From Squalus acanthias (lineage: Eukaryota), in NCBI GenBank assembly GCA_030390025.1, contig JASTWF010000104.1, positions 310,001-374,000 on the forward strand: a stretch of 64,000 bases of DNA. The letters are read 5' to 3'. Position 1 is the first letter of the stretch; each line of letters begins with the position of its first letter. Shown here in pieces: positions 25,566-38,051 of this stretch. A model generated the notes under the pieces. That model did no database searches. It was not told where the DNA came from and saw only the letters and a program-made list of their open reading frames with translations. The position numbers and the translations under genes were made by a program.

Positions 25566-28500
25566 CATGTCCCTGAGTGTCAGTGTGACTGTTACCCAGT
25601 ACTGCCTGTAGGTGAATGTCCCTGAGTGTCAGTGTGACTGTTACCCAGTACTGCCTGTAGGTGTGTGTCCCTGAGTGTGGGTGTGACTGTTACCCAGTAC
25701 TGCCTGTAGGTGAATGTCCCTGAGTGTCAGTGTGACTGTTACCCAGTACTGCCTGTAGGTGAATGTCCCTGAGTGTGGGTGTGACTGTTACCCAGTACTG
25801 CCTGTAGGTGAATGTCCCTGAGTGTGGGTGTGACTGTTACCCAGTACTGCCTGTAGGTGAATGTCCCTGAGTGTCAGTGTGACTGTTACCCAGTACTGCC
25901 TGTAGGTGTGTGTCCCTGAGTGTGGGTGTGACTGTTACCCAGTACTGCCTGTAGGTGAATGTCCCTGAGTGTCAGTGTGACTGTTACCCAGTACTGCCTG
26001 TAGGTGAATGTCCCTGAGTGTCAGTGTGACTGTTACCCAGTACAGCCTGTAGGTGAATGTCTCTGAGTGTCAGTGTGACTGTTACCCAGTACAGCCTGTA
26101 GGTGAATGTCCCTGAGTGTTAGTGTGACTGTTACCCAGTACTGCCTGTTGGTGAATGTCCCTGAGTGTCAGTGTGACTGTTACCCAGTACTGCCTGTTGG
26201 TGAATGTCCCTGAGTGTGGGTGTGACTGTTACCCAGTACTGCCTGTAGGTGAATGTCCCCGAGTGTGGGTGTGACTGTTACCCAGTACTTCCTGTAGGTG
26301 AATGTCCCCGAGTGTGGTTGTGACTGTTACCCAGTACTGCCTGTAGGTGCGTGTCCCTGAGTATGGGCGTGACTGTTACCCAGTAATGCCTGTAGGTGCG
26401 TGTCCCTGAGTGTCAGTGTGACTGTTACCCAGTACTGCCTGTAGGTGCGTGTCCCTGAGTTTCAGTGTGACTGTTACCCAGTACTGCCTGTAGGTGCGTT
26501 TCCCTGAGTGTGGTTTTGACCGTTATCCAGTACTGCCTTAGGTGCGTTTCTTTGGTGGGTGTGACTGTTTTCCAGTACTACCTGTAGGTGCGTCTGAGTG
26601 TGGGTGTGACTGTTACCAAGTATCGCCTGTAGGTGCCTGTCTCTGGTGGGTGTGACTGTTAAACAGTGCTGTCTGTAGGTGCGTGTCTCTGGTGGTTGTG
26701 ACTGTTACCCAGTACTGCCTGTAGGTGCGTGTCTCTGGTGAGTGCGACTGTTATCCAGTACTGCCTGTAGGTGCGTGTCTCTGGTGAGTGCGACTGTTAT
26801 CCAGTAGTGCCTGTAGGTGCGTGTCTCTGGCGAGTGCGACTGTTATCCAGTACTGCCTGTAGGTGCGTGTCTCTGGTGAGTGCGACTGTTATCCAGTAGT
26901 GCCTGTAGGTGCGTGTCTCTGGTGAGTGCGACTGTTACCCAGTACTGCCTGTAGGTGCGTGTCTCTGGCGAGTGCGACTGTTACCCAGTACTGCCTGTAG
27001 GTGCTGTAAGGTTTCCAAAATTTGCAGATCCCCAAAACCTAAGGAAATAGAACTTTGGAACTTCCTCAGAGTGATAAAAATGCATTTGGGCCTAACTTAA
27101 GGAATTTAAGACCAAAAAACAAGTTTTGGCATTTTAAAAACATGTCTGGGCCTGTGAATGGACAAGAAGGTGGGTTCAACCTCTGTAAAAGCAGTTTGGC
27201 TATTGCAGTTAATTACACTGTCTGGGGAACCGTCATGACCTCACTCAAAACACCAGCAGATATTAACATTTTGACAATAGACCCTGGGCGAAGGCAGTCT
27301 CACCCAAAACACAGGCCCCATCAAAACCTATCACAGGACCCATCAAAACTATGCATAATACAAATCACTCAGACCCATTCCATAGAAAACCCGGGCCCAG
27401 TCAAGAAAACCAAACACAAAAACAATCACCTGTAATCAACCGAGGAGATCAACGGGATGGAGCCATCCCGAAACCACTTCACACATTTACAAACCAGTTA
27501 CTGTTAACGAGCCCTCCAAGATCTGACAATGATAAGGAAGCTTCAATGGGTATAATTAAAGGCCCGTTATCAACAGTTCAAGTTCGAGTTCTCCAGTAGA
27601 GTTACACGGCAGTTCAAGGAGACAAGCAGTTCAACAGTTACACAGCAGCAAGGAATTCAGCAAGCAGTCCGGCAGAAGGCAGTTCCGCAGTTCTGCAAGA
27701 AGGCAGTTCCACAGCTCTGAAGAAGACAGTTCAACAAGGCGAGGGGGCAACAGAAAGAAGTTCAACAAAGAAGGCCAGCAGCTCCAGAAGTCAGGCCGAC
27801 ACGCAAGAAGAGACCAGAGCGACCGCCTCAGTGACCATCGGACACCTCGCGGCAACAAGGGCCTTACGAAACCCTTTACTCAAAAGACTCTAAACCCTAA
27901 CTCTCAACTGTCAAGGATTCGTTTGGTGAGCATTATCCCTGGTTCTCCAGAGTCCAACCTAGCTAGTGAAGTGGGATTGGGAGGGGTGAAGTATTCTTCT
28001 AATGTTATTTCCCTCGCGTGTACCGAAGTGTTCCCCACTTTTAGAGTGTTAAGAGTGTTTGTGTTGTGTTTTTACTTTCTTGAATAAAGATCAAGGTTCT
28101 TGCATCAAAACCAGTTGTCTGCTGCACTTTTTGTCACAACCCCCAAATAAGTCCAAGGTCTAGAATCAAGGGTGTGGGAGCGATTCGAACCGCTCAGATG
28201 TCAGAGGTGAAGCTGACACAAAAACATCACCCCCTACAGTGCGTGTCTCTGGTGGGTGTGACTATTACCCAGTAGCGCCTGTAGATGCGTGCCTGAGTGA
28301 GGGTGTGACTGTTATCCAGTGCTGTTTGTAGGTGTTTTTGAGTGTGACTGTTAACCAGTACTTCTTGTAGGTGTGTGTTGTAGTGTGGGTGTGACTGTTT
28401 CCCATTACTGGCTGTAGGTGTGTGTCTCTGGTGGGTGTGACTGTTACCCAGTAATGCCTGGAGCTTTGTGTGAGTGTGGGTGTGACTTTTACCCAGTACT

Positions 28501-29401
28501 GCCTGTAGGTGTGTGTGAATGTTGGTGTGACTGTTACCCAGTGCTGCCTGTAGGTGTGTGGGTGTGACTGTTGCCCAGTACTGCCCGTAGGTGTGTGTGA
28601 GTGTGGGTGTGACTGTTACCCAGTACTGCCTGTTGGTGTGTGTGAGTGTGGGTGTGACTGTTACCCAGTACTGCCTGTAGGTGTGTGTGAGTGGGTGTGT
28701 GACTGTTACCCAGTACTGCCTGTAGGTGAGTGTGGGTGTGACTGTTACCCAGTGCTGCCTGTAGGTGTGTGGGTGTGACTGTTACCCAGTACTGCCTGTA
28801 TGTGTGTGTGTGTGACTGTTACCCAGTACTGCCTGTAGGTGTGTGGGTGTGCGTGTGTGACTGTTACCCAGTACTGCCTGTATGTTTGTGGGTGTGACTG
28901 TTACCCAGTACTGCCTGTATGTGTGTGTGTGTGACTGTTACCTAGTACTGCCTGTAGGTGTGTGGGTGTGTGTGTGTGACTGTTACCCAGTACTGCCTGT
29001 ATGTGTGTGGGTGTGACTGTTACCCAGTACTGCCTGTATGTGTGTGTGTGTGTGACTGTTCCCCAGTACTGCCTGTAGGTGTGTGGGTGTGTGTGTGTGA
29101 CTGTTACACAGTACTGCCTGTATGTGTGTGGGTGTGACTGTTACCCAGTACTGCCTGTATGTGTGTGTGTGTGAGACTGTTACCCAGTACTGCCTGTAGG
29201 TGTGTGGGTGTGTGGGTGTGACTGTTACCCAGTACTGGATGTATATGTGTGTGTGTGACTGTTACCCAGTGCTGCCTGTAGGTGTGTGGGTGTGTGTGTG
29301 TGACTGTTACCCAGTACTGCCTGTATGTGTGTGTGTGTGACTGTTACCCAGTGCTGCCTGTAGGTGTGTGTGTGTGTGACTGTTACCCAGTGCTGCCTGT
29401 A
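25566..29401. repeat. Minisatellite (49-bp units grading to about 38-46 bp), interrupted by a solo LTR
   Basis: Core GTGTGACTGTTACCCAGTACTGCCTGTAGGTG with a variable linker. Confidence 0.95.
27005..28238 (+). mobile_element. Solo LTR, family A short variant (1234 bp)
   Basis: Termini TGTAAGG...CCCTACA; 4-bp TSD GTGC; AATAAA near 28083; ends homologous to 15246-16930. Confidence 0.9.
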
Positions 29402-29768
29402 GTTCCCACTCCGTGTTTGCCTTCTGTCTCATTCCCTCACCTCGTCTCCTTTCCCTGTTTGAAGTTTGATTTTCGTCGTGTGGAGCCCAGTTGGTCAGTT
29501 TACTGGGTGAAAGACGCTGTATCAGTGACGGGTGTTATTATAAAGTTCCAGTGGCTTATTTCCCCCTATTTCAGTTAAAGTCAGTTTATTGGATGTCTGC
29601 AGTGGTGGTGTGTCTGTAATAACTGCTGTCAGTCAGTTAAGATGCTGCACATACAGGAGCCCGGTCAGTCAGGCAAGTGACCCTGGTTCCAGAGGCCAAT
29701 GGGCCGAAGTCTTTCAGTTTCTAAGTTGTGTGTGGAGTCTTACGACTGACGCCAATCGAACGATCTGT

Positions 29769-30826
29769 TGAAGTGAACGAGCAGTGAATGGGATCTTCCT
29801 GTGCAGGAGTCTGAAGGGCCGAAAGTGTGGACGGTTAACAGTGAGTTAGTTTATTCTTGAAAATACAATTGTTCCAAATACCCCGAGAGGTAACTCAGAG
29901 ACACTATGCCCTCACATCAATAAAGCACAGTCCCAACCGAAACTGGTGGAAGGCAGGAGATGGCCAGGCCATTGTCTTCCAGGAGATAAGCCAGTTAAGC
30001 AAGTTCGGTTTGAGATTGAAACCCATTACCTGCTAATGGGGGCCATCAACTCAGGAAACGACAGACATCCAGTAATCAGCACTCATTGTCTCTCCAGGTG
30101 CCAGGCCTGGGAGCGGGGAAACAAAATATCATTTTTCACAAAGATTTCAAAGGTCATGAGTCACTCCAGGCCACAGGGGGGTCCAGACAGATCACCTGAG
30201 TCAATGCATCGATCAGTATTGGCGGGAGGAAAAGGCGATGGGTTTTGGGAATATCAGGAGCCGTTCGGGGGCTGCTCTCTCTTCTCCTCGACATCAATCT
30301 ACAGCGAGTCTCCCGAGTGGGGCTCGGCTCGACGGAACACCGCCAGAAGCTGAGCGCTGCTCTTCATCCCTCATCAACGGACCTCGACTCAATCTGGAAC
30401 TTGGATACCACGTCGGCGGTACGGAACCAGGAGCGAGACGGACAGGAAGAAGCTGCAAGCAAGACAACGGGCAATCGGGGGGAGCATATTGCCTGCGCCT
30501 ACACAGCCACAAGACCACTTAGCTGTGTGAGGGGGTGATTGTAAGTCCCAACCAAACCTTAGAGGGGTTTAGTGCTGGGGTCCTGTGTTAGTTTATTTCA
30601 CGGGAGGGTTCTTTATTAGACCGTGGTAATTTAGCACTGTATGGCTTGTTGGACAAGCCAGGGTTGTATGGTTTTTTACTGTTACGAGTGTTATTGTTAA
30701 TCCTATTAAACACAATACGGTTGAGCTCAAACGGGTGTCCGAGTCTGATCTGATCCATATAATCCCTATCGCCCAGAACTTGTAGTAAGAGGTGTGTTTT
30801 CGGTGTGCCCGAGAAAACCACTTACA
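29769..30826 (+). mobile_element. Probable solo LTR, family B (about 1058 bp)
   Basis: Termini TGAAGTG...CACTTACA (near-inverted) flanked by CTGT on both sides; ATTAAA near 30705; no coding homology seen. Confidence 0.6.
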
Positions 30827-33804
30827 CTGTTCAACAGGGCAACAGGCTGCCAGTTAAGCATCAAATCTCTCCTATTTTTAACTATTTTAATATCTAACCT
30901 GTCTGAAAATTAAAGAAACCAGATCGATCATTTGTTCTTTCTACATTGTGCAAATTGAGTCCTTGACCAGTTACTCTGTCGAGTCCACACACATCAGGTT
31001 GTGAAGACTGAAAGGGAAGAAGGTTGGAATAGTCCTGTTGAAAGATCCAGGCAGAATGTTTAGCGTGTTCGCAATATGTCCAGTGAGTGCCGGTGAGGCT
31101 TGGGGACCAACCTGAGCAAAACATCTCGATCAATGTGGGCGAACGGATGGGAGAGAGAGAGAACATTCTCAGTCAGTCTGTACAGAGAGAGAGAGAACAT
31201 TCTCAGTCAGTCTGTACAGAGAGAGAGAACATTCTCAGTCAGTCTGTACAGAGAGAGAGAACATTCTCAGTCAGTCTGTACAGAGAGAGAGAGAACATTC
31301 TCAGTCAGTCTGTACAGAGAGAGAGAGAACATTCTCAGTCAGTCTGTACAGAGAGAGAGAGAACATTCTCAGTCAGTCTGTACAGAGAGAGAGAGAGACA
31401 TTCTCAGTCAGTCTGTACAGAGAGAGAGAGAGAACATTCTCAGTCAGTCTGTACAGAGCGAGAGAGAGAGAGAGAGAACATTCTCAGTCAGTCTGTACAG
31501 AGAGAGAGAGAGAGGACATTCTCAGTCAGTCTGTACAGAGAGAGAGAGAGAACATTCTCAGTCAGTCTGTACAGAGCGAGAGAGAGAGAGAGAGAACATT
31601 CTCAGTCAGTCTGTACAGAGAGAGAGAGAGAAAGAACATTCTCAGTCAGTCTGTACAGAGAGAGAGAGACAGAACATTCTCAGTCAGTCTGTACAGAGAG
31701 AGAGAGAGAGAACATTCTCAGTCAGTCTGTACAGAGAGAGAGAGAGAGAACATTTTCAGTCAGTCTGCACAGAGAGAGAGAGAACATTCTCAGTCAGTCT
31801 GTACAGAGAGAGAGAGCATTCTCAGTCAGTCTGTACAGAGAGAGAGAACATTCTCAGTCAGTCTCTACAGAGAGAGAGAACATTCTCAGTCAGTCTGCAC
31901 AGAGAGAGAGAGAACATTCTCAGTCAGTCTGCACAGAGAGAGAGAACATTCTCAGTCAGACTGTACAGAGAGAGAACATTCTCAGTCAGACTGTACAGAG
32001 AGAGAGCGAGAACATTCTCAGTCAGTCTAAACAGAGAGCGAGAGAACATTCTCAGGCAGTCTGTACAGAGAGAGCGAGAACATTCTCAGTCAGTCTGTAC
32101 AGAGAGAGAACATTCTCAGTCAGTCTGTACAGAGAGAGAGAGAACATTCTCAGTCAGTCTGCACAGAGAGAGAGAGAGAGAACATTCTCAGTCAGTCTGT
32201 ACAGAGAGAGAGAGAACATTCTCAGTCAGTCTGTACAGAGAGAGAGAGAACATTCTCAGTCAGTCTGTACAGAGAGCGAGAGAACATTCTCAGGCAGTCT
32301 GTACAGAGAGAGCGAGAACATTCTCAGTCAGTCTGTACAGAGAGAGAACATTCTCAGTCAGTCTGTACAGAGAGAGAGAGAACATTCTCAGTCAGTCTGC
32401 ACAGAGAGAGAGAGAGAAACATTCTCAGTCAGTCTGTACAGAGAGAGAGAGAACATTCTCAGTCAGTCTGTACAGAGAGAGAGAGAACATTCTCAGTCAG
32501 TCTGTACAGAGAGAGAGAGAACATTCTCAGTCAGTCTGTACAGAGAGAGAGAGAGAACATTCTCAGTCAGTCTGTACAGAGAGAGAGAGAACATTCTCAG
32601 TCAGTCTGTACAGAGAGAGAGAGAACATTCTCAGTCAGTCTGTACAGAGAGAGAGAGAACATTCTCAGTCAGTCTGTACAGAGAGAGAGAGAACATTCTC
32701 AGTCAGTCTGTACAGAGAGAGAGAACATTCTCAGTCAGTCTGTACAGAGAGAGAGAACATTCTCAGTCAGTCTGTACAGAGAGAGAGAGAGAACATTCTC
32801 AGTCAGTCTGTACAGAGAGAGAGAACATTCTCAGTCAGTCTGTACAGAGAGAGAGAGAACATTCTCAGTCAGTCTGTGCAGAGAGAGAGAGAACATTCTC
32901 AGTCAGTCTGTACAGAGAGAGAGAGAACATTCTCAGTCAGTCTGTACAGAGGGAGAGATAACATTCTCAGTCAGTCTGTACAGAGAGAGAGAACATTCTC
33001 AGTCAGTCTGTACAGAGAGAGAGAGAGAACATTCTCAGTCAGTCTGTACAGAGAGAGACAGAACATTCTCAGTCAGTCTGTACAGAGAGAGAGAGAGAGA
33101 ACATTCTCAGTCAGTCTGTGCAGAGAGAGAGAGAACATTTTCAGTCAGTCTGTACAGAGAGAGAGAGAGAACATTCTCAGTCAGTCTGTACAGAGAGAGA
33201 GAGAACATTTTCAGTCAGTCTGTACAGAGAGAGAGAGAACATTCTCAGTCAGTCTGTACAGAGAGAGAGAGAACATTCTCAGTCAGTCTGTACAGAGAGA
33301 GAGAGAACATTCTCAGTCAGTCTGTACAGAGAGAGAGAGACAGAACATTCTCAGTCAGTCTGTACAGAGAGAGAGAGAACATTTTCAGTCAGTCTGTGCA
33401 GAGAGAGAGAGAACATTCTCAGTCAGTCTGTACAGAGAGAGAGAGAACATTCTCAGTCATTCTGTGCAGAGAGAGAGAAAACATTCTCAGTCAGTCTGTA
33501 CAGAGAGAGAGAGAACATTCTCAGTCATTCTGTGCAGAGAGAGAGAACATTCTCAGTCAGTCTGTACAGAGAGAGAGAGAGAGAACATTCTCAGTCAGTC
33601 TGTACAGAGAGAGAGAGAACATTCTCAGTCAGTCTGTACAGAGAGAGAGAGAACATTCTCAGTCAGTCTGTACAGAGAGAGAGAGAGAACATTCTCAGTC
33701 AGTCTGTACAGAGAGAGAGAGAACATTCTCAGTCAGTCTGTACAGAGAGAGAGAGAACATTCTCAGTCATTCTGTGCAGAGAGAGAGAGAACATTCTCAG
33801 TCAG

Positions 33805-33998
33805 TGTCGTAAGAATGAGCCTTACGCGTGGTGAACTTAAAGTAAGCTTTAATCAACTAAAAAGGTGCTACATACAAAAGAGGTCTTACTCTATGCCTCT
33901 CCAGGATCCAACTGATCAGTCCAGTATTTATCCTGGACTAATCACAGGAAGTGATGCAATAAAGTTCGAGTCACAGGAAGCTGTATTGTGTTACCACA
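33805..33998 (-). repeat. 3' LTR of the Gypsy element
   Basis: Direct repeat of 38052-38245, differing only at TGTCGT versus TGTCCT. Confidence 0.97.
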
Positions 33999-34010
33999 TT
34001 CTCCCCCCCC
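33999..34010 (-). promoter_or_regulatory. Polypurine tract
   Basis: GGGGGGGGAGAA on the - strand, abutting the 3' LTR. Confidence 0.9.
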
Positions 34011-34016
34011 AAAAGA

Positions 34017-37000
34017 TTAGGAGGCCGGGATGCTCCCTCCATTTCGTAGCCACCGGACGAGGGAGAGCCGCACCCGTTTGGGTTCTCGTAGCGGTAGAGG
34101 GCCCCTAGCCCGTTTACCCGCCGCGGGCCATGGACCAGAGTCCGAGTGATCCAGCCCACTCTGTGAGGGGTCAGGACGATCCTGACTGTGTACTGGTGCC
34201 CGAACGGGTGTCGGGCAGGGCTGTGGCAGATCCATTTCCGAGCGTACGGTACGGGGTGGATCGTGGCTGCGCGTGCGAGCCCTGACGGGCTCATAGTCAG
34301 TCTGCCCCAGGTCGGCACGCTGGAGTGAGGTACCAGCCGGCGTCAGATCCAGATAGTGATGAGAGGCACCTGGCGAGCCCAGAGATGTGCCTGGTACAAT
34401 ATCATCCCCTGGTGTCCCTCTATGTTTCGGCGGGCAGGGAGCCAGATCCCGCAATGACACGGTAGATTCCCGACCGTCAGGATACCGAATATAGGCGTAG
34501 GTAGGGTTGACGTCAGTGAGCTCAACCTCATCTACCAGGGGGTCATTCTTAGACGCCCGAACATATCTTCGGAGTAGCACTGGTCCCGGTGCAGTCAGCC
34601 ACGACGGGAGAGATATCCCATAGGATGAGCAACGCTGAAATCGGAAGAACCGTTCATGAGGCGTTGTATTTGTGGCGGTCGAAAGGAGGGACCGTGTGGA
34701 GTGTAATGCGTCTGGAAGTACTGCTTCCCATTGCTGGTTAGGTAGGCCCCGAGATCTCAATGCCAGACGTACCGCATTCCAGATGATAGCGTTAAAACGC
34801 TCGACTTGCCCATTCCCGACCGGATGATAAGGCGTCGTTCTGCTGGCAGCAATACCCCGTTCCGAGAGATAGGCCTTGAGTTCTCCTGACATAAAAGAAG
34901 GGCCCCGATCCGAATGAACATAGGATGCCATGCCACAGAAAGCAAACACCTGCTCAAGGCAGCTGATAACCGTGGTCGTCAGCATATTGGGGCAGGGAAA
35001 GGCAAACGGAAAACGGGAATACTCATCGACCATGGTCAATAGATAAGTGTTGCGAGTTGAAGAGGGCAACGGCCCCTTAAAATCGATGCTAAGCCGTTGC
35101 ATTGGCTGGGTCGCATGTATGAGTATACCACCCGAGGGGCGGAAAAACTGACGTTTCAATTCCACACAGACTCTGCAGTCCGAGCACATCTTCTTTACAT
35201 CCCCGGTAGAGAATGGGAGATTTCGGGACCGCACGAAGTGTAGCATGCGAGTAACGACCGGATGACACAAGCCATCATGGATGTCTACGAGCGTAGAGTG
35301 TGCCATGGCGGAGCAGAATGCTCGTGTGAGGGTATCCGGAGCCACATTCTCCTTGCCAGGTCGATAGTGGATGGTGTAACCAAAAGAGGCCAATTCCAGC
35401 CGCCAAAGCTGGATTTTATTATTTTTAATTTTGGTCCATTTTCGATTATCGAGCATGAAGGCGACCGATCGCTGGTCCGTGATTAAGGTAAAGTGCTGGC
35501 GAGCTAGGAGATGACTCCACTTCCGTACTGCCTCTATGATGGCTGTAGCTTCTTTCTCGACTGGAGGATAATGTAGCTCAGCTCCTTGAAAAGTCCTGGA
35601 CAAAAATGCCACCGGACGACCTTCCTGATTCAGAGTGGCCGAGATCGCCACCTCCGAGGCATCACACTCAACAACAAAAGGAAGACTCTCATCGATGGAG
35701 TGAAGAGCCGCTTTCTCCAACTGTTTTTTCAGGAGGTTAAAGGCTGCAACAGCCGCTGTGTCTAGTGGGAATGTGCTGGCCTTCAGTAGAGGTTGGATTC
35801 GGTCCGAGAAGTTAGGAATCCATTTAGCATAGTATGCAAACAGGCCGAGGGCCCGGCGCAAGGAGGCCGGATTCTTAGGTGGCGGGAGTTCTTGGAGTGG
35901 GCGAAGCCTTTCAGGGTCAGGTTTAATTATGCCATTTCCCACACAATAGCCAAGGATGTTGATGGTTGGTTGTGACTCAATGGATTTAGCCGCATTTAAT
36001 GTCAAATTACGGTGCTGGAGTGCATCCCAAAATCGTTGGAGATTGGCGTCATGTTCCCGCTGATTGCGACCTGCGACAGTAATATTGTCCAGATAAGGAA
36101 ACGTATCCTTCAAGTCTTCCTGTTTGACCAGGTCATCCATTGCTCGCTGGAAGACAGCCACTCCATTAGTGACCCCAAAGGGGAGGCGACGAAATTGATA
36201 CAGCCGTCCATTGGCTTCAAAGGCCGTATACTGCTTGTCTGAGACCTTCAAGGGTACCTGATGATAGGCACTTTTCAGATCATATGTTGAGAACACCGTG
36301 TACTCAGCCAGTTTATTAACCATATCATCGATGCGCGGCAATGGGTATGCGTCCAAGTCCGTATATTGATTGATGGTCTGTGAATAGTCAATGCACAGCC
36401 GTTTCTTGTGAGGTTGTAGAGGGTTCTTAACAATAACGACCTGGGCGCGCCATGGCGATGAACAAGACTCGATGATATCCTCTGCTAAAAGCCGAGAAAT
36501 CTCAGCCGCAATAAAAGACTGGTCTTCCTGACTGAAACGTCATGACTTTGTTATAATCGGTTTGCATCGAGGAGGGATACTGGTAAACAGTGAGGGTTCA
36601 TCCAGTGAAGCTGCTGACAATGCACAGAACGGTAATCGAGGTCGTATATTAGAAATAGTGAGTTCAGGTTTGGATCCGCCGAACTCAATGGTGAGCTTCT
36701 TATGCTGCTTTTGAAAATCCAGCCCTAAGATAAGATCACTACATAAGTCCTTGAGCACTGAAAGCCGGGTGGAGGGATACCTGTGACCATTAAGTGTTAT
36801 TTCAACCATACAAAAGCCAGAAATTCTGGTATTAAGTGATGACTGAGCCATCGCAATTGCCTGGTCCGATGGGAAAACATGTAGCTTTAACTCTGCAACA
36901 ATCTGTTCCTTAATGAAACTATCAGTGCTACCTGAGTCAATTAAGGCATCTAAAGTATGTCCATTAATTGATGCTTTTGTAGCTGCATGGAATAGGTTCT

Positions 37001-37973
37001 GAGGACAAGCAGCTGTAATTGGTGTCGTTGCACAAAGAGTGGCTGAAACTCTAGGTGTGTTTCTTCGAGAGAAAACCCGAGAGGAAGCACGATAGATTTT
37101 AGCCGGAACATCTTGATAGGCCCTTACCGGGGCAGTTCGGTAGGACTTAGCTTGATAAGCCCTCGTAGAGGCTCTTGATAGGCAAACCTTTGCAAAATGA
37201 CCCTTTTTGTTGCAATGACTGCAAAACGCATTGCGAGCAGGGCAGAATTTCCGAGGGTGAAACTCATCACCACAAAAGAAGCATTTCTTAGATTGCCAAG
37301 AGGCTGCCACAGTGGGGTCATCATCCTCTTCATCAGTGAAGTCATCAGATTGATCGTCAGGGATAAAGTCCTCCCTAATAGAGTTCACCTGTGGCCTCTT
37401 AAATTGCCTGACTGTAGTTAAGGCAGCAGACCGAGGTCTGGGCACTGTATAAAGGTCTGCATTTCTTTTTGCCAGATCTAGAGAGCAAGCCATGTCATAA
37501 GCTCTCTGAAGCCCAAGTGTCTTACTTTCCAGTAGACGCTGGCGTATAAATGGGGAGGCAAGCCCGCAGATGAAAGCATCACGGATCATTTCTTCACGGT
37601 ACAGCTCAGCTGAGGCCGCCTGAAAGTTACAGTCCATACTAAGTCTGCGAAGCTCTTGGAGGAATTTATCAATGGATTCCTCCGGCCCTTGTTGGGCTGT
37701 AGCTAGTAGATGTCTGGCATAGACCTCATTCGGTGTCTTAGTAGAAAGTCTTTTAAGCGTCCGAATTGCCTCCTCGTAACTGCCCCATTCCTCCACATAC
37801 TGAAATACATTCGGGGTGACACAGTTGATGAGTATCCGCAACTTTGAGTCATCATCAGCTTTGCAATATTCGAGAAAATTGTCAAACGTGCGATACCAGT
37901 GTTTCCACACCTTACCGGCTGCTGGGGTGTTTGGGTCCAAGTCAAGACGCGATGGTTTAAGGATGTTTTCCAT
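34017..37973 (-). pseudogene. Single-frame gag-pol polyprotein with one premature TGA (36540-36542)
   Basis: ORFs 36540-37973 and 34017-36356 are in the same frame. Motifs: two CCHC knuckles (CFFCGDEFHPRKFC, CSHCNKKGHFAKVC), protease LIDSGS, RT YDLKSAYHQ and YLDNI (YxDD altered), RNase H ECDAS..EKEA..TDQ, integrase HHCC plus DFKGP..SDRG..NGQVER. Confidence 0.93.
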
Positions 37974-38039
37974 GATGGGTGATTCCCTGGATCCTCAGTT
38001 CCGAGTTCGTCCAAAAAGTTTGAGTGCGAAGTTTTTCAA

Positions 38040-38050
38040 AGTTGATTAAA
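38040..38050 (-). promoter_or_regulatory. Non-tRNA primer-binding site complementary to the element's own LTR (putative self-priming)
   Basis: Sense strand TTTAATCAACT lies 1 nt after the 5' LTR and is the exact reverse complement of sense AGTTGATTAAA inside the LTR (38095-38105). There is no TGG start. Confidence 0.8.
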
Positions 38051-38051
38051 T

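Noticed and set aside
36540-36542. Programmed stop-codon readthrough between gag-pro and pol
   Set aside because: The position corresponds to an expected Arg in a KSRRFS-type motif and fits CGA>TGA decay; other lesions such as YLDN also indicate post-insertion mutation.
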